A stretch of DNA of 64,000 nt from Candidatus Aenigmatarchaeota archaeon (GCA_016198755.1 JACQIB010000005.1:64001-128000); one strand, 5' to 3'; counted from the stretch's first letter, positions 46,743 through 56,481 are shown. Notes: generated from the sequence alone by a model not told the origin. Numbers and translations: made by a program.

Positions 46743-49700
46743 TTATTTCACCGTCACCGATTTGGCTAAATTTCTTGGAAAGTCAGGATTGCATCCTCTC
46801 ATTATGGCAAGGTGGTAGGCGAGAACCTGCATTGGTATTATCTGGCAGATGGAATTGAAAACTCCCGCATCCCATACTCTTATCCAGTGGTCAAACACCT
46901 CGTTGTTCTTGGGTCCGACTCCGATTATAATTGCTCCACGGGCTTTCAGCTCTGTTGCATTGCTTATAATATCTTTTTCTGTGTCCTCTGAAACAAAAAC
47001 AATACATGGAGTTCCTTTGTCTATCAATGCTATTGTTCCATGTTTCAGCTCCCCCCCAGGATAGGCTTCTGCATGTATATAGGATATCTCTTTTATTTTC
47101 AGCGCTGCTTCCATTGCTGTTGTATACTGCAAACCTCTCCCAATCAGATAGATATGCTCTTTGTCCTTTAGCAGCTCTGCAACCTTTTTTGTATGCTCCC
47201 TTGCAGCTCCTGAGGTTAAGTGGTATAAAATGTAGATAAGGTTCTGAAGTTTTTCTTTCCCGTCATCATATTTGCCTGCAACAGCATATGCCAAAAGGGT
47301 TAGCAGAGCAACCTGTGCAGTAAAGGCTTTGGTGGAAACAACTGAGATTTCTGGACCAGCGTTTGTCATAAGGTAATGGTCTGCCTCCCTCATTATAGTA
47401 GATCCCATAACATTTACAATGGCTACAGTTTCTGCTCCCCTCTCCTTTGCAGCCTTTATTGGAAGGAGGGTATCCATTGTTTCCCCTGACTGGGAAACTG
47501 CTATAACAAGAGTTTTCTCATTTATGAAGTCGGCATAGTTCATGAACTCTGAGCCTGTTATTGTTACTGTATTCATCTTTGCAACTTTTGCGAAAATATA
47601 GTTAGCATGCCTGCATGCATAGGAAGCTGTGCCGCATGCCACAAAAACAACATTCTCAGCTTTTCTTATCAGCTTTGCAATATTCTCAACTTTTTGCCTG
47701 TTTTGAAGTAAAGAACGCTTAACTGTATCCACTTGTTCTAGAATTTCCTTTATTGTAAAGTGATCGAAATTGCCTTTTTTTGCCTGTTCGGGAGACCAGT
47801 CTATTATATCCGGCTTCCTATCTACAACTTCTGCTGTCAGAAGATTTTCCAGCTTAACTCCGCTCTTGTCTATTATTGCCAGTTCATTATCCCTGAAAAA
47901 TAAAACCTTCTTTGTATGGTCTAAAAAAGCAGGTATATCAGAAGCTATAAAATATTCCTTCTCCCCTACACCTATAACAAGCGGGGAGTCCCTGCGCGCA
48001 GCCAGAAGCATTGGATAATCCTTATGGACAGCCAAAATAGCATAGGCTCCGTCTATTGTTTTTACTGTTTCCTTGAAAGCTTTTAGGAAATCCATTCCCA
48101 TATCCATAAAGTACTGGACTGCGAGGGGGATGGTTTCCGTGTCTGTCTGGCTGGCAAATTTGTATCCTTTTGACTGGAGAAAATTGCGCAGCTCCTGGTA
48201 ATTCTCAACTATCCCGTTATGTATAACAGCAATTTTTCCGTCATTTGAAAGGTGTGGGTGGGCATTTTCTTTCGTTACGCCTCCATGAGTTGCCCACCTA
48301 GAGTTGTGACTTATTAAACCATCTGCAACAAAATTTTCTGTCCCTGGAACTTGTAAGTCATAGACATAAGGAACATCGCTGACAAATTTTCTTATTTCAG
48401 TTATTTTTTGAAAAACAACATCGCTATTCAAATATCTACCAAGATCTGACGAGACTTCTATATTTCCTTTTGCCTGCATCAAGCTTAATAATTGAAGAGC
48501 TGATGTTTTTGTTATAAAGGCTTTTCCGTAAAGCGCTTTGCCCTTTATAGCATATTTCTGGTACATTTCTGCTTTTGTAAGCGGGATGGATTTGTAAGAA
48601 TGTGAGTGTCCCTTGATCATTTTAGAAAGTATACGCTCAGCTTTTTGTAGCTTTTCCGTGCTTGTAAAGCCAATGTTTTTTAAGAATCCCTCTACATCAT
48701 CCGCTGTGTTTATGTTTAGTCCATATACTGGACCCCATACTCTTTCATATTTACTGAAGGAAGACAATATTCCGAATCTTAACAAAAGGAGCTTTAGAGC
48801 CTTTATTAAATTTTCATTATTCATTCTAATCATAATTTGCCTGGATTTTGTGTTGCAGGCTGACTCTGCGTCAAACAATCCGCGTATAAAACCTCTTAAC
48901 TCTTCATCTGGTGTTCTGCCAATGAGTGGGGGCAGAGCCTTGCCTCTTCCAGTCTTGCATATTTCAGGAAAGTTGTACCTTATCCAATCGCATAAAAATT
49001 TGCTATTAATTTCTAATAGGAATGCCTCAGCTTCTTTTAACTTAACTATTCTGCTATTTACATTAAACAGTTTTTTTGCAATTTGTGCATATTTTTTCAA
49101 AACATCTTTTCTGGAGTCTTTAAACCTGATACACCTCTCGTGCACATGTCCGTCTCCAACTAAATAACCTAAGAACTGCAAAAGATCTTCACTGGTGGTT
49201 TCAGGCAATATAATATCTTTTCCGTGTATAGAGTAAACTACTAAAAACCTTTCAGGCTGTATGGAACATATTTGAGATAATTTTATCATAAAACTCTCTT
49301 CAAAATTTCTATCCATGCTACAGAAGTGATCTAAAACAGACCTGCTTAAGCCTGCAATAGTTGCAAATTTATCTATTGTAAGATTATTTTGCCTTAAATA
49401 AGACTTGAAGAGCTCTACAACATCTTTATCATATTTGTAATATCTCTTTAGTGGAACCGTACTTAGATGTTGCGTTTTCCCCTCTATAGTTATTCTAGAT
49501 GGGCATATTAAAATATCTCCGGTGGATAACTCACTTACATGCTTTACAGAAATTTTGCCACTATTTGCAACAAACATCCTGTGCTCTCCAGTACAGACTA
49601 AAGTATTTGCTGGGGTTTTTATCTCAAAAAGCTCATGAGGACTTTCGTGTCTCATTGCATAACAGCTTCTGGTTTTAAGCTTTAGAGTGTCAAAATCTAA

Positions 49701-50000
49701 TGTCATAACTTCTTTATAATCCATTATATCTTCTATTTTGCAGACTGTACCGTCGGCCAGCTGTATATAACTGTTAGGATGTAAGCAGTGGGCAAATGCA
49801 ATCTTTCCCTCAAACTTCTGGGCATCAAAGCCTGAAAAAACCTGATTTACCTTCCCAACATCCTTGTGAACAAGAACTCCGGAACCGTTTACAATAGCTA
49901 CCCCAGCAGAGTCATACCCCCTGTATTCCAGCTTTTTTATTCCATCCAAAACTATTTCCGTCCCGTTTCTCTCCCCAAAATATCCTATTATTCCGCACAT
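46743..50000 (-). CDS. glmS: Glutamine--fructose-6-phosphate transaminase with an intein
   Basis: MCGI, EYRGYDSAG, RWATHG, NAHPH, HNG, SQSGET, GELKHG, PRNLAKSVTV. Confidence 0.97.
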   Translation of the reverse strand: MCGIIGYFGERNGTEIVLDGIKKLEYRGYDSAGVAIVNGSGVLVHKDVGKVNQVFSGFDAQKFEGKIAFAHCLHPNSYIQLADGTVCKIEDIMDYKEVMTLDFDTLKLKTRSCYAMRHESPHELFEIKTPANTLVCTGEHRMFVANSGKISVKHVSELSTGDILICPSRITIEGKTQHLSTVPLKRYYKYDKDVVELFKSYLRQNNLTIDKFATIAGLSRSVLDHFCSMDRNFEESFMIKLSQICSIQPERFLVVYSIHGKDIILPETTSEDLLQFLGYLVGDGHVHERCIRFKDSRKDVLKKYAQIAKKLFNVNSRIVKLKEAEAFLLEINSKFLCDWIRYNFPEICKTGRGKALPPLIGRTPDEELRGFIRGLFDAESACNTKSRQIMIRMNNENLIKALKLLLLRFGILSSFSKYERVWGPVYGLNINTADDVEGFLKNIGFTSTEKLQKAERILSKMIKGHSHSYKSIPLTKAEMYQKYAIKGKALYGKAFITKTSALQLLSLMQAKGNIEVSSDLGRYLNSDVVFQKITEIRKFVSDVPYVYDLQVPGTENFVADGLISHNSRWATHGGVTKENAHPHLSNDGKIAVIHNGIVENYQELRNFLQSKGYKFASQTDTETIPLAVQYFMDMGMDFLKAFKETVKTIDGAYAILAVHKDYPMLLAARRDSPLVIGVGEKEYFIASDIPAFLDHTKKVLFFRDNELAIIDKSGVKLENLLTAEVVDRKPDIIDWSPEQAKKGNFDHFTIKEILEQVDTVKRSLLQNRQKVENIAKLIRKAENVVFVACGTASYACRHANYIFAKVAKMNTVTITGSEFMNYADFINEKTLVIAVSQSGETMDTLLPIKAAKERGAETVAIVNVMGSTIMREADHYLMTNAGPEISVVSTKAFTAQVALLTLLAYAVAGKYDDGKEKLQNLIYILYHLTSGAAREHTKKVAELLKDKEHIYLIGRGLQYTTAMEAALKIKEISYIHAEAYPGGELKHGTIALIDKGTPCIVFVSEDTEKDIISNATELKARGAIIIGVGPKNNEVFDHWIRVWDAGVFNSICQIIPMQVLAYHLAIMRGCNPDFPRNLAKSVTVK
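48303..49787 (-). mobile_element. 495-aa intein with LAGLIDADG homing endonuclease and HTH insert
   Basis: AH|CLHPNS..., TGEH block B, FLGYLVGDG, FIRGLFDAES, VYDLQV..TENFVADGLISHN|SRW. Confidence 0.95.
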
Positions 50001-50060
50001 GCTTCTCCCTTAATCCCCTTTATTTAAACCCTTACTGAATCATAGGTACAAAAGAGACTT

Positions 50061-50124
50061 TATCTTTTAGATAAGTAAGCTATTTAAAGCCCTATTAAAA
50101 ATATTATAATAGCACTAAAAGATA
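50061..50124. promoter_or_regulatory. Inverted repeats in the divergent glmS/regulator promoter
   Basis: TATCTTTTAG (50061) and CTAAAAGATA (50115); inner CTATTA and TAATAG. Confidence 0.55.
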
Positions 50125-50139
50125 GTTTGTAGTGGTTGT

Positions 50140-51051
50140 ATGGCAAGGATTTTTGAGACAGTGAAGGGTGAAACGCTTGGTCAGAGCGCTAAGTTACTGC
50201 AGCCCAGCCAAATAAAGCCTGCTTTATCCCAGCTTTCTTGGAAAATTTTGAAAAGCTTGGCTGAAAGGAGTTCATATCCAAAAGCTGTTGCAAGATCTCT
50301 GGGGGAGAATGAACAGAAAGTATATTACCATATACGCAGGCTGGAAAAAGCTGGCTTAATCAGGATTGAAAGCAGGATAGAGAGGGGTGGTGGTGTAGCA
50401 AAAATATACTCTATAACAGCGCCTGCGTTTGCTTTGATTCTAAAACCGCTTGAACCTGTCTCAGCCGGAATAAAGGAAACTCCTGAAGTCTTGGAGCCTT
50501 TTGTGCAGAATGAAAAACTAAACTGCAAAATTATTGTAGCCAGCCCTGAGCCTCATGGGTATACTGGAGGGAGGGGGAAGGACGCGCCTGTTTCAACAGA
50601 GCTTGGATTATTCTTGGGGCAGTTTGTCAATAGCTTTCCACCGCGCTCTGTTTTATTTGATGCTGAAGCGCATGAAAATATTTTAAAACAAAATATTATT
50701 GTTATTGCAGGGCCTGGAGTTAACTCTGTTACTTTTAAGGCAAACAAAAAGCTTCCAATAAGGTTTGAGGGAAAGGGGGAATTTTTCACATCCCTGTTTT
50801 CAACTGCAACAGGGAAAAAGTACGCAGATGAAAGCTGCGGAGTTGTTTTGAAAATAAAAAATCCTTTCAATCCTGCAGCAGAGCTTATTCTTTTAGCTGG
50901 ACGCAGAGCAGCTGGAACGCGCGCTGCGATTGTTGCCTTTACTCAGAAGCTGGAGTATATTTCTGGTGGAAAAAAGCACTGGGCACATGTTGTTAAAGGA
51001 TTTGATACAAACAGGGATGGTTTTGTGGATGATGTGAAAGTGCTGGAGTAA
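50140..51051 (+). CDS. ArsR-type HTH transcriptional regulator with a C-terminal alpha/beta domain
   Basis: WKILKSL...YPKAVARSLG...VYYHIRRLEKAGLI; C-terminal NIIVIAGPGVN, NPFN, AGRRAAGT. Confidence 0.85.
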   Translation: MARIFETVKGETLGQSAKLLQPSQIKPALSQLSWKILKSLAERSSYPKAVARSLGENEQKVYYHIRRLEKAGLIRIESRIERGGGVAKIYSITAPAFALILKPLEPVSAGIKETPEVLEPFVQNEKLNCKIIVASPEPHGYTGGRGKDAPVSTELGLFLGQFVNSFPPRSVLFDAEAHENILKQNIIVIAGPGVNSVTFKANKKLPIRFEGKGEFFTSLFSTATGKKYADESCGVVLKIKNPFNPAAELILLAGRRAAGTRAAIVAFTQKLEYISGGKKHWAHVVKGFDTNRDGFVDDVKVLE

Positions 51052-51188
51052 AACTGCTTTATGTTGAAAAATTTGCAGCGTAAGCTCCCGAATAAGGATC
51101 AAAATACTCCGCATAGCCGGCTTTCCTCATAAAATATCTCTGCATGTCTTTCCTTGTTTCCTCTATCTCTTTTTCTGTTTTTACTCTG

Positions 51189-51464
51189 TCATCTTCCATT
51201 TTTCTCACCCCCATTTTTCAAAACCCTTCCAAACTCTGTTACTCTCAGAAAAACTGAGCCGTTCCCATACTCCAGAAAACCAAGCCTCCTGAACTTCCTC
51301 ATGCTGTGCCAGACTGAAGTCTCTGAGAAACCATGCTTTTCAGACACTGTCCTTACAAAACTGGAAGCTGTAACAGACCTGTCAAAAACAAAAGCCTCCT
51401 GCAAAACCAGCAGTTGCCTCCTGCTTAAAGCAGCCCTAGCTAATGCGGAAACCTGCTCTTTCAC
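51189..51464 (-). CDS. Small winged-helix protein
   Basis: LSRRQLLVL...SETSVWHSMRKFRRLGFLEY...VTEFGR. Confidence 0.7.
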   Translation of the reverse strand: MKEQVSALARAALSRRQLLVLQEAFVFDRSVTASSFVRTVSEKHGFSETSVWHSMRKFRRLGFLEYGNGSVFLRVTEFGRVLKNGGEKNGR

Positions 51465-51646
51465 CCTGTTAGTTGGTAGATACCAATCCCCATGAGAATC
51501 ACCATTTTAGAAAGCTTATGGGAGACTTTACAGTATAAGAATCAGGATTTTGCCTGAGTTTAAAGTCTCTGCTTTCATTTTCAAAACCTTTTAATCATTG
51601 GAAGGTAGAAATATTTAAAGCATATCTACTAAAGTTTTAGGGCATA

Positions 51647-51982
51647 TTACTCTATTAATTTATAGATAATATGTCTTATTTTATTAAAAGTTTCTATTTT
51701 AATTTCTCCAATTTTTAACTTAATAAGAGATTTGCTTATGCTGAAAATTCTGTCAACCTTAACTTTGCTATCTGTGATTAGCCTGCCAGTTTCTAGGTCT
51801 TTATTTGTTATTAAAAGTGTGTGTTCCCTTATTTGTATATTTGTTGTCATGGGGACTACTATTATATCATCAAATTTTGAATTGTAATTGTTATTCGAGA
51901 GTACTATAACAGGCCTTACCTTAGAGGTTTTCATATCAGAAAATGGAAAAGATAATAATACTATATCCCTTTGCGAGACCAC
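51647..51982 (-). CDS. mazF: PemK/MazF toxin
   Basis: DIVLLSFPFSD...KVRPVIVLS...VPMTT...IG. Confidence 0.9.
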   Translation of the reverse strand: MVSQRDIVLLSFPFSDMKTSKVRPVIVLSNNNYNSKFDDIIVVPMTTNIQIREHTLLITNKDLETGRLITDSKVKVDRIFSISKSLIKLKIGEIKIETFNKIRHIIYKLIE

Positions 51983-52257
51983 TTCTTACCACCTTTTAAG
52001 TAGAGATTCCATATTTCATCCTCTTTGTTGTTCCACAACGCCTTGACAGATAGTTCGGCAGCCTTTTGTATATCCTCAAAAGTATCTATTTTCCTAATTG
52101 CTATTTCTGGTTTTTCTAATATAATATTTTTATCTTTACTTATCAATAAAAGCTCATCGCCTTTTTTAATTCCAAACTCTCTCTGTATTATTTTAGGTAG
52201 AGTTATCTGGCCTTTAGATGATACTTTAATCGAACTTATTGTAGGCAACCTTTTCAT
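51961..52257 (-). CDS. AbrB/MazE-type antitoxin
   Basis: KVSSKGQITLPK.I...GIKKGD; tail LWNNKEDEIW. Confidence 0.88.
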   Translation of the reverse strand: MKRLPTISSIKVSSKGQITLPKIIQREFGIKKGDELLLISKDKNIILEKPEIAIRKIDTFEDIQKAAELSVKALWNNKEDEIWNLYLKGGKKWSRKGI

Positions 52258-52264
52258 AATTAGA

Positions 52265-52280
52265 GTAAGAATTTTCTTAC
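52265..52280. promoter_or_regulatory. Palindromic operator of the MazEF-type operon
   Basis: GTAAGAA-TT-TTCTTAC between the TATA box and the ATG. Confidence 0.7.
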
Positions 52281-52312
52281 ATATAAAGCTTTAGTACATG
52301 ATAATAGTAGTA

Positions 52313-53752
52313 TTACTTATTTAACTCCTCTTCCAGCACAGTCTTCACAACAGCACCATCTATTTTTCCTCTTGCCTCTTTCATTACCTCGCCCATCAGC
52401 GCGGGGAACTTCTTTTCTCCAACTAAAGCAGGCCATTTTTGGAAAACTTTCTTTACTAATTTTCTTAAATCCTCTTCTGAGAACTGCTGCATTGGGAGAG
52501 TGGAAAGCGGCATTTCAGGGTTGCGGGAAAGCTTTTCCAGAAGCTGCGGAACAGCTTCCTTTGCAATTTTCTTTAACTCAAGAGCAGAAAGCAGCTCGCG
52601 TAGCTGGGAATCCTGTATACTTTCAACAGGTATTCCTTTCCTTCTCAAGTCTTTTATGGTATTTGTTAGAACGCTTGCTATAAGCACATGCTCTGGGCTG
52701 CGCTCAAAGCTCTCGAAAATATCCAAATAGTCAGACTTCAGAACCTGTTCTGCTAAATCTTTGGGAAGGATTGACTGAAAACGGGCAAGTTTCCTTTCAA
52801 AAGTTTCCGGTGTTTGTATTGAAGCCAAAAAGTTTGGAAGCAGTGATATCGGGGGCACATCTGTTTCAGGATACATTCTTTCCCCACCTGGAAGAGGTCT
52901 TGAAAAAACTGTTGTGCCATCAGGCTGTGCAACTCTTGTTTCCTCCTCACTCTTCCCTATTTTCATAAGCTCAACCTGCCTTAGAACTTCTTTCTCTATA
53001 AGAGTTTCCATTAGATCCAGCTCTTGCACTCCTTTAACTTCAACCCTCTTTCCTCCCTTTACTGAAAGATTAATATCCTGCCTTGTAACACCAATTCCCC
53101 GCTGGCTTTTCCCTGTACTTCTAACAATCATTCCAAGCTTTTCAGAAACCTCCCTCGCGTGCGCAGCGCTTTTTACTTCTGGGAAAGTGCTAATCTCTAT
53201 TAGTGGTATTCCTAACCTGTCAAGCCTGTAAACAACTCTATCTTCCTTTTGTTCCACAATTCCTGCAGACTCCTCTTCAATGGAAATTGCCTGTATCCTC
53301 ACTGGTCCAAGGGAAGTGGATATTATTCCTCCTGTAGCAATCAGGGCTGTCCTTTGGAAAGAAGTTGTATTAGAACCGTCAATAATCGTTTTTCTCATTA
53401 CATGAACTTCATCCACAATTCTGCTTCCCAAAAGCTTGCAAACCTGTATTGCAACAGTTAAAGCTTCCATATTTAATGGATGCGGAGGCTCCTCGTCCCT
53501 TTCCACTTCGCATGTTATATTTGGAAAACACTGGTAATGGAAAGTGCGATCCCTTAAAAACTCATAGGAAGCTGCAACATCCACCCTTCCCATTTCCCCT
53601 GCAACAGGTCTCAGCCTTCTTGTTATTGTAAAGTTTGGCTTTTCTGCCGAGAGCTTTGGAATACAAGAACAGAATAGTTTCTCGTGGGTAGAAAGCCTGT
53701 TGTGGATTTCTATCCCGCATTTGAACCCAACAGCTTCGTAATCAACCACCAT
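52313..53752 (-). CDS. gatE: Glu-tRNA(Gln) amidotransferase subunit E (short form)
   Basis: KCGIEIH, KLFC, DEEPP, MRKTIIDGSNTTSFQRT, DRLGIPLIEI, RQDIN, RPLPGGERMYPETD. Confidence 0.95.
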   Translation of the reverse strand: MVVDYEAVGFKCGIEIHNRLSTHEKLFCSCIPKLSAEKPNFTITRRLRPVAGEMGRVDVAASYEFLRDRTFHYQCFPNITCEVERDEEPPHPLNMEALTVAIQVCKLLGSRIVDEVHVMRKTIIDGSNTTSFQRTALIATGGIISTSLGPVRIQAISIEEESAGIVEQKEDRVVYRLDRLGIPLIEISTFPEVKSAAHAREVSEKLGMIVRSTGKSQRGIGVTRQDINLSVKGGKRVEVKGVQELDLMETLIEKEVLRQVELMKIGKSEEETRVAQPDGTTVFSRPLPGGERMYPETDVPPISLLPNFLASIQTPETFERKLARFQSILPKDLAEQVLKSDYLDIFESFERSPEHVLIASVLTNTIKDLRRKGIPVESIQDSQLRELLSALELKKIAKEAVPQLLEKLSRNPEMPLSTLPMQQFSEEDLRKLVKKVFQKWPALVGEKKFPALMGEVMKEARGKIDGAVVKTVLEEELNK

Positions 53753-54203
53753 ACAGCTCCCTCCATGCTTCCTTTATCAGCGCCACATTCTTTTTTGTTT
53801 CTTCTGTTCCAACAACCCGCAGGCTGGGATCCTCTATTTTTTCATACCATTCCCCGCTCTCGTCCTTGGTTCTGGGTATTATATGCCAGTGTAAGTGGGG
53901 GATAGATTGTCCTGCAATTTCTCCTTCCTGCAGAGCTATGTTAAAACCCTCTGCATTGTATGTGTGTACGACTGCTTTTGTTGCCATGTGAAGTATTCTG
54001 GACATCTCTTCCACCTCATTCTCACCCATCTCTAGGAAGCTTGGGATATGTTTTTTGGGGGATAAAAGGATGTGGCCCATAAAAACAGGTTTTAGGTTGT
54101 AAAACAAAATAAACTTTTCATTTTCAAAAATTATTTGGGCTCTGGCAACAAACCCTTTCCCTACTATATCCTTCTCCTCTATGGTACAAAATGGGCAGCT
54201 CAT
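53742..54203 (-). CDS. HIT family hydrolase
   Basis: CPFC; GH..PKKH; AGQSIPHLHWHIIPR. Confidence 0.92.
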   Translation of the reverse strand: MSCPFCTIEEKDIVGKGFVARAQIIFENEKFILFYNLKPVFMGHILLSPKKHIPSFLEMGENEVEEMSRILHMATKAVVHTYNAEGFNIALQEGEIAGQSIPHLHWHIIPRTKDESGEWYEKIEDPSLRVVGTEETKKNVALIKEAWRELYGG

Positions 54204-55567
54204 ACAAAAAACACCTCTGTTCTGTCAGAGAGCTCGCCGCGCAGGTTTTTGCCAAACAACTCTTTTGCTTCCTTTGGATAGTTGCTGAGTAACCAAGAAA
54301 GCTTTATGTAAGATGTATCTGTTGTCATGTCTGAAAAGTTGCCTAAAATACCTATGCTTTGCAAAGCCCGCTGGTTTTCATAAACGTTAAGATTAAGCCT
54401 GCCGTAGATTGCCAGTGGGCTGAGAGCCACAACAGTTCCGCCCTTAACAAGCTCTTCTAGGGATTTTAAAATTTTCGTATGTTCTTTTGTAAATTCATCT
54501 ATCTCTGAAGTTGGAAGGTTTCCTAAACCTGATGTTTCAACTATTAACCCGTCATAGTCCTTGTAAAACAAAAATTCTGAAGCAAACATGTTTACCCTGA
54601 ATCTCAAGATACCCACTTTTATTTTTTCATTGAATAGCTTGAGCCTGAAGGGGCCTGGGGTTTTGGTGGGTTTTGAAACCCAGTCTATTTTCCTTGTTCT
54701 GTAGTCTACAAAAGCATATGGATAGGAATTTACAGGGCGAAAAGCATCCCTGCGAGAAGAATGGAGTTTTCTGCACTTGCAGGCTGGCAAAATCCAGCAA
54801 CGATCATCGGAGCTGGAGGAATGCATACAAACACCGACGGCTGGAAAGTCTGCTGTGGCTGCGAAAAACACAGCGTTTATCAGGTTCATTGCAGCATCCG
54901 AACTCCCCCTGTCAGAACTTCTTTGAGAGCCAGCTAAAATAACTGGAACAGAAAGATTTTCAAGAGCAAATGAAAGAGCTGCTGAAGTTATGTGCAAAGT
55001 ATCTGTGCCATGAGTTATAACAATGCCGCGCGCGCCTGCGCGGATTTCCTTTTCTATTTCCTTAGCAAGTATATTGTAGTGGGGAAAACGCATGTCCTGC
55101 GACCACATATTCCTTACTAATCTTGATTTAATGTTTGCAAACTCTGCTATCTCAGGGAACATTCCTATAATGTCCTCGGGGGTAAAGGAGGAGGCTACAC
55201 CACCGGTTTTGTAGTCTACCTTGCTTGCTACAGTACCGCCTGTGTGCAGGATTGCTATCGTAGGCTTAGAAGAATCTGTTTTAAACTTGGGTTTTTCATG
55301 CACTCCGGACTCAGAAACTGGAACCTTCGGGACTGCAGGCTCTTTTGTATGGGAAAGCTCTATGGAAACTCCCTTCACAAACTTTATACCTATATTGTAG
55401 CCGGAATCCATTTTTAGTACAATGCAGTCTGGAGAGCCCTGCGATATTCTGGGCATTAGTATTCCTTCATAAACAGCTGTACCCTTGGAAACCTGTACTC
55501 TGTTCCCTAACTTAGCCTTTGCAATCTTTATTGCAGCCTGCACAGCTGCAGAGTAGTTCTCTAGCAT
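54200..55567 (-). CDS. gatD: Glu-tRNA(Gln) amidotransferase subunit D
   Basis: KMDSGYNIG, TGGTVASKVDYKTG, HGTDT, SQRSSDRGSSD, KLHSSRRDAF. Confidence 0.95.
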   Translation of the reverse strand: MLENYSAAVQAAIKIAKAKLGNRVQVSKGTAVYEGILMPRISQGSPDCIVLKMDSGYNIGIKFVKGVSIELSHTKEPAVPKVPVSESGVHEKPKFKTDSSKPTIAILHTGGTVASKVDYKTGGVASSFTPEDIIGMFPEIAEFANIKSRLVRNMWSQDMRFPHYNILAKEIEKEIRAGARGIVITHGTDTLHITSAALSFALENLSVPVILAGSQRSSDRGSSDAAMNLINAVFFAATADFPAVGVCMHSSSSDDRCWILPACKCRKLHSSRRDAFRPVNSYPYAFVDYRTRKIDWVSKPTKTPGPFRLKLFNEKIKVGILRFRVNMFASEFLFYKDYDGLIVETSGLGNLPTSEIDEFTKEHTKILKSLEELVKGGTVVALSPLAIYGRLNLNVYENQRALQSIGILGNFSDMTTDTSYIKLSWLLSNYPKEAKELFGKNLRGELSDRTEVFFV

Positions 55568-55592
55568 AGAAAGAATTCTGCCGCGCCCGTAT

Positions 55593-56441
55593 TTAAGTTT
55601 CTGCTGACGCAACTTTTCTGGCAAAGATGTGGCTATATTGGCTGGTTGCCCTTATATCCTCTTCAACAACTAAGCCAATAGCTGGAGAGCCTTCAATTTT
55701 CTCTCTTACAAAAGTATCCCATGTAAGCTCTGCTGCCTTTTCCTCGGATAGGAAGGGGGGAACATAGAACGCATAATCATTTATGTTGTCATCTACTACA
55801 ACAATGCCCCTGCTGGTTGTGTTTTTCGCCATGTTACTAAGGGCAGCTACAACATTTCCATCAGCTAACTCTTTATCGTGATTAAAGAAGTGGGTCAAAA
55901 CGTTCAGGCAGATACACAAGTCAAATTGCCCGTATTTTGAAAGTCCCTTGGTAGCGATATTGCCCCGAACCAGTTTTACTTCACCTTCTCTAAGCTTCCT
56001 CCTGAAGGATTCTGGTATTTTGGCTTTTGTGGAAGCTGGTTTCTTTTGTTGGCCTGTATCATCCAAATACTGGTTCCATATACCAATAGATTCCTGTGTT
56101 GGATGTGTGTTAGTTACAGAGTGCTTTCGTTCCAATGCCCTAAGATTGTGCGGGTTTATGTCAAGAACAACCATCCTATAGTCTTTTGAAAGCCCTTCAA
56201 GAGCACCAGCAACTTCAAATGGCTCTGATATGCTATACCCTGCATCTCTGCTGTCTGCACCAACACCAACCAGTAGAACATTTGGATCCTGTGGAAGGGC
56301 TGCAATATACCTTCTCAGCGGTGCATACAAAAGAGGATACCTGCCGAAGTATGTTTTGTTTATAGGACTGGAAGAAGGTACACGGGTTTTGAGACCTGTA
56401 GACAGAGACATTAATCTGGCTGAAACCGCGGATTCTGGCAC
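55593..56441 (-). CDS. Divergent class I SAM-dependent methyltransferase-like protein (CheR-like motifs)
   Basis: VLLVGVG...EPF, VLDIN, GNI, FDLCICLNVLTHF. Confidence 0.6.
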   Translation of the reverse strand: MPESAVSARLMSLSTGLKTRVPSSSPINKTYFGRYPLLYAPLRRYIAALPQDPNVLLVGVGADSRDAGYSISEPFEVAGALEGLSKDYRMVVLDINPHNLRALERKHSVTNTHPTQESIGIWNQYLDDTGQQKKPASTKAKIPESFRRKLREGEVKLVRGNIATKGLSKYGQFDLCICLNVLTHFFNHDKELADGNVVAALSNMAKNTTSRGIVVVDDNINDYAFYVPPFLSEEKAAELTWDTFVREKIEGSPAIGLVVEEDIRATSQYSHIFARKVASAET

Positions 56442-56481
56442 AATATAATATACACAAAAAACAATTTAAAGATATTAAATC

